DNA of 64,000 nucleotides from Candidatus Micrarchaeota archaeon (GTDB lineage Archaea; Micrarchaeota; Micrarchaeia; Anstonellales; Bilamarchaeaceae): NCBI GenBank assembly GCA_040754495.1, contig JBFMCO010000022.1, positions 18,233 to 82,232 of the forward strand, read 5' to 3'. Shown piece by piece: positions 60,859 to 64,000 of this stretch (position 1 is its first letter; each line of letters starts with the position of its first letter). The notes under the pieces were generated by a model. It saw only the letters and a program-made list of their open reading frames with translations, ran no database searches and was not told where the DNA came from. The position numbers and the translations under genes were made by a program.

Positions 60859-61694
60859 CAGCGGCCACCCCTCTGCCTCCCATACTCGTGCATCATCGTG
60901 AGGGCATCGATGTCCAGCTTCGGCGTCTCGCATATCACCGTGCCGGAGTAGCCGTTCTCGGCAAGGACCTTCATGAAGGGACGGAACGGCGGCGTGTTGT
61001 TCGAGCCCAGGGGCAGGTGGTTGCGCTCGCCCTTCTCGTTGTAGTTTATCTCCGAGAAATGGCAGTGGAAGCGCTTCACGTAGTCCCCGAGCTCGCGCTC
61101 GAGCTTCCTGAATATGGCCCGGTACTCTTCCTCGCCTTTTATGGGGAAGTCGCCGCGGGCGTGCAGGTGCGCGAAATCGAGCGCAGGCTCTACCATGTCA
61201 ATCTCCTGGGAGAGCCGGATGTTCTCGTCCAGGCCGCCGAATGCGCTTTTTTTGCCGACGGTCTCTGCCCCGAGGCGGATTCTGATGTTGTGGGTTTTGA
61301 GTTCCGAGACGATTTCGAGGAGGGCGGATTTTGCCGCGCCGAAGGCCTCGGCAGGCGTGAGCTTCTGGTAGAAGCCTGGATGGAAGACCGTGATGCCGCC
61401 CCCTGCGAGCGCTGTGATGCGGGCGGACGCGATTATGTGGCGGCGGGTGTTCGCCATCTTCACCTTGTCGTCCGTGCACAGATTCACGTAATAGGGCGCA
61501 TGCGAAGAGAGGGAGATGTCAAGCTCGCCTGCGGCCTTGCGGACCTCGCCGGCGGAGGCCTCGCCCATGCGGACGCCCTGGACGAACTCCATCTCCATCG
61601 CGGTGAGGCCGAGCTCCCGGCAGCATCTCACGCCCTCCAGGGTGCTTTTTGCCTCGCACTGGATGGGGATGCCCGCGGGGCCGAATCTTATCAT
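60858..61694 (-). CDS. Xylose-isomerase-like TIM-barrel protein (AP endonuclease family 2 / Endo IV-like)
   Basis: MIRFGPAGIP N-terminus typical of archaeal Endo IV-like TIM barrels. HAPYYVNL and EINYNEKG. Confidence 0.65.
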   Translation of the reverse strand: MIRFGPAGIPIQCEAKSTLEGVRCCRELGLTAMEMEFVQGVRMGEASAGEVRKAAGELDISLSSHAPYYVNLCTDDKVKMANTRRHIIASARITALAGGGITVFHPGFYQKLTPAEAFGAAKSALLEIVSELKTHNIRIRLGAETVGKKSAFGGLDENIRLSQEIDMVEPALDFAHLHARGDFPIKGEEEYRAIFRKLERELGDYVKRFHCHFSEINYNEKGERNHLPLGSNNTPPFRPFMKVLAENGYSGTVICETPKLDIDALTMMHEYGRQRGGR

Positions 61695-61749
61695 GAAAAT
61701 TAGTAAGGAGGTAAAAAAATAAAACTGCTCCTGCCCGGATGGGGCGGGA

Positions 61750-63243
61750 TTAGTGGCTGTAGTTCAGCCTGAGCAGGACGAGCGGCGCAGCCTCGAAGGG
61801 ATTGAACTGCATGTCGGCAAGGCCCGCCGCCTGTATGGAGAGCCTGTCGAGCAGCTCGAGGTCTATCGCGCCGCCAAGGAGCGCGCTGCCTGCGTGCATC
61901 CCGGAGCCCGAGGCGTTCATCGCGCCGCCCGCAAGGACAGACGGTATGAACGGCCCGGCCCTGAAGAGCGGCACGCCTACGAGGCCCCTGAAGTGGAGCT
62001 CGTCGTCCGACAGCCTTACCGCGCCCACAGTCCCGGGCGTGTCTGCGCCGACCAGCGCATGCATCCAGAGCATGTTCACCTCTGCCCAGGGATTGTAGCC
62101 GTCCACCCAGCCCCACGGAATCTCGCCGCGGAGGCGGACGCCAAGGGGATTGAACGGGTTGTTGCTGCCGAAGACGCCGAGGGAGAAGTACCTGCCGTAG
62201 CGGTAGCCGCCTTCCCCGCCAAGCTCGTAGCCGTGCGACAGCTCGTTTAGCGTCTGGCCGTCAAGGTGCGAAAGTATCGACGTCGAAATGCCGCGGTAGC
62301 CGCCGAAGACGAGGGCGTAAACCGAATGCTCGCCGAAGCGCAGCTCGCCGCCGGCACCGATTGCGCCGGTATAGCTCCGCAGGCCGCTTGTGGCCTGGCT
62401 GGTCTGGAGCGTGAGCGCGTAAGACGAGAAGCGCCCGTTTACGAGGATGGAGAGATGGTCGCCTACCGGGACGTACCCGGTCGCGCCGGCAAGGTACGCG
62501 TCGCCCGAATTGCCCATAGAGCCGAAGCGGGAGAGCTGGAGGCGCTCGCCGTTGAAATCGAACACTGGCCTCCTGACGCGCACAGGCTGCACCGGCGGTT
62601 GCTCGGGCCGGACGACCGGGGCAACAGGCTGCACCGGCTGTACCGGCCGGACGGGCGCCGGAGGCGCTTCAACCCTCACGAGCTCCAAGAAACCGTTCGG
62701 AGCCGTGACCGAGAACGTGTGGCGGCCTGCAGGGACGCTGAGCGTAATCTCTATGGGCGTGCCTATCGCGAGCGTGGTCTGGTCTATCTCGCGGTGCGTG
62801 AATCCGGAGATGCGCGTGGTGCCTGGAGCCGTGGACGGCGTCTGCTCGCCACCGGCAGGGCCGAGCGAATATTCAATCGGCCTGGACACCTCGGTGGTGC
62901 CCTCCGGGAAGCGGTCCCTGCGCACGGCTGGGTAGAACCGGACGGTGAATCTGGCGGGACCTTCGATCGTGAGCGTTGGGACATTGACGTCGCCTGCTTT
63001 GAGATAGACGTCGCGCGTCGCGCTCCCGTCGGTTATGCTCGTCCTCTCGCCGCTGACCGAATGCACCGGCTGCGCGGCCTGCGTCGTGGCATGCACCTCG
63101 GGCTCCTGTGCCCGGGCGACGTTGTCAAGAAGCGGCGCCCCCAAAAGAATGGCGCCTGCGAGGGCGTATTTGGATGCCGCCCGTCCTATTGAGCCCCTCT
63201 GGCGGCTCAAAGACTCCGCACTTTCTCTGTTGGAAAATTTCAT
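61750..63243 (-). CDS. Secreted protein: signal peptide, Ig-like N-terminal domain, PVQPV proline linker, Gly/Tyr-rich C-terminal domain (porin/beta-barrel-like)
   Basis: LAGAILLGAPLLDNVARA signal. PVRPVQPVQPVAPVVRPEQPPVQPVRV linker. The C-terminal ~290 aa are rich in G, Y, S and alternating hydrophobics. Confidence 0.6.
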   Translation of the reverse strand: MKFSNRESAESLSRQRGSIGRAASKYALAGAILLGAPLLDNVARAQEPEVHATTQAAQPVHSVSGERTSITDGSATRDVYLKAGDVNVPTLTIEGPARFTVRFYPAVRRDRFPEGTTEVSRPIEYSLGPAGGEQTPSTAPGTTRISGFTHREIDQTTLAIGTPIEITLSVPAGRHTFSVTAPNGFLELVRVEAPPAPVRPVQPVQPVAPVVRPEQPPVQPVRVRRPVFDFNGERLQLSRFGSMGNSGDAYLAGATGYVPVGDHLSILVNGRFSSYALTLQTSQATSGLRSYTGAIGAGGELRFGEHSVYALVFGGYRGISTSILSHLDGQTLNELSHGYELGGEGGYRYGRYFSLGVFGSNNPFNPLGVRLRGEIPWGWVDGYNPWAEVNMLWMHALVGADTPGTVGAVRLSDDELHFRGLVGVPLFRAGPFIPSVLAGGAMNASGSGMHAGSALLGGAIDLELLDRLSIQAAGLADMQFNPFEAAPLVLLRLNYSH

Positions 63244-63310
63244 GGACTTACATTAACTAAAACACTTTAAAAACGTGTCGCTTGATGAGGTTGTCTGTTG
63301 CTGGGTAGGC

Positions 63311-63330
63311 CCATTTAAAATACTTTCGAA
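63311..63330 (+). promoter_or_regulatory. TATA-like box (TTTAAAAT) about 25 nt upstream of the kinase ATG; leaderless-type spacing
   Basis: cccaTTTAAAATactttcgaacataaagtataacATG. Confidence 0.35.
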
Positions 63331-63343
63331 CATAAAGTATAAC

Positions 63344-64000
63344 ATGCAAAAATCCGAGGACGGCAGCGACGGCTCCGGACGTCGCAAGAAGGACGCCCTC
63401 AGCGGCAAGTCGAGGATGGCCATCCCGCTCCGCAGCATGATGGCGAGCGAGGAGCCGGCGGTCGAGGGACTCGCCGCACAGCCCGACGCGATGCTGCAGG
63501 GCGCGCGCATCGACAAGACGCCGCAGGACTTCTACCTCGTCGAGGGCATACTCGGCGAAGGCGGCATGGGCAGGGTATACCGGGGCAGGATGATAAAGAC
63601 CACCAAGCCGAAGAAGGGGAAAGAGGGAGAGGAGAAAGGGGCCAAGACCGTGATCAACAGGGAAGTCGCCATCAAGGTCATAAACTTCGATTCCGCGTTC
63701 GCGAACGCGGACCCTGCAAACATCGAGCAGACAAAGAAGATGATGTACGACCGCTTCCTGAGCGAGGTCGAGCTGGTCGCAAAGCTCAAGCACCCGAACA
63801 TCGTGGATATTCTTGATTTCGGGGAGCTGGACGACGGGAAGCCTTTCTGCGTGATGGAGCTCCTGAAGGGGCAGGACCTCGACCAGGTGATTGAGGCCGC
63901 AGGCATGCTTCCCTGGGATTTCACGAAGACGGTGGCGGTGCAGGTCTGCAAGGCCCTCGAGGCGGCGCATGGCTACGAGGAGGACGGCGAGAAGAAGCCC
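63344..64000 (+). CDS. Hanks-type Ser/Thr protein kinase, N-terminal part (continues beyond the window)
   Basis: GEGGMGRVYRG (glycine loop), VAIKVI (beta3 lysine), HPNIVDI. Open to the window end, so it is absent from the ORF track. Confidence 0.8.
   Translation, partial: MQKSEDGSDGSGRRKKDALSGKSRMAIPLRSMMASEEPAVEGLAAQPDAMLQGARIDKTPQDFYLVEGILGEGGMGRVYRGRMIKTTKPKKGKEGEEKGAKTVINREVAIKVINFDSAFANADPANIEQTKKMMYDRFLSEVELVAKLKHPNIVDILDFGELDDGKPFCVMELLKGQDLDQVIEAAGMLPWDFTKTVAVQVCKALEAAHGYEEDGEKKP

Noticed and set aside
60822-63192. Plus-strand ORFs 60822..61703, 61753..62250 and 62266..63192
   Set aside because: They are antisense to the Endo IV-like and porin-like genes and have Arg/Gly/Ala-rich composition.
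63257-63970. 237-aa minus-strand ORF opposite the Ser/Thr kinase
   Set aside because: The plus strand carries canonical ePK motifs. The minus-frame translation is Leu/Arg/His-rich.

Overview
This 64-kb window is about 65% GC and is clearly archaeal. The evidence is a DNA polymerase II (PolD) large-subunit gene carrying a LAGLIDADG intein, an initiator tRNA with an A1:U72 pair, leaderless-looking TATA boxes, and oligo-T terminators. I call about 55 protein genes and four tRNA genes. All four tRNAs need introns, including introns at non-canonical D-loop and T-loop positions.

One uninterrupted 20.5-kb ORF (1946..22471, 6,841 aa) dominates the window. Reading it directly, it contains three tandem-diverged modules with PI3K/PI4K-type motifs (FVKxxDL ... 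DRHxxN ... IDxD) and one RIO/Bud32-like protein-kinase module. It also has a ~2-kb Ala/Glu/Lys/Arg-rich helical N-terminal region, an internal cluster of hydrophobic helices, a Pro/Gly-rich repeat linker and a C-terminal HExxH segment. A small overlapping gene and a second HExxH protein sit just upstream. A five-gene operon of small basic-N-terminus paralogs sits convergently downstream. I know of no described archaeal system like this giant multi-kinase locus, and it is the main candidate for novelty.

A second candidate is a five-member family of predicted lipoproteins in two tandem arrays (38236..39540 and 46046..49133). Each has a Gly/Asp/Thr or Gly-rich low-complexity linker and a conserved ~95-aa two-cysteine C-terminal domain.

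Other content:
- Housekeeping genes: PurN, CysRS, PolD DP2, AlaX, RpiA, GMP synthase subunit B, endonuclease Q-like, an Endo IV-like TIM barrel, a DUF359 dephospho-CoA kinase, Lrp/AsnC and a GT2 glycosyltransferase.
- An FGE-sulfatase-domain lipoprotein.
- A porin-like Gly/Tyr-rich secreted protein.
- A partial Hanks-type Ser/Thr kinase at the window end.
- A 37-bp direct repeat duplicating the initiator-tRNA 3' end.
- Low-GC islands at the window start (a LAGLIDADG endonuclease fragment) and inside the intein.

Many long antisense ORFs in the six-frame track are GC-driven artefacts and were rejected.
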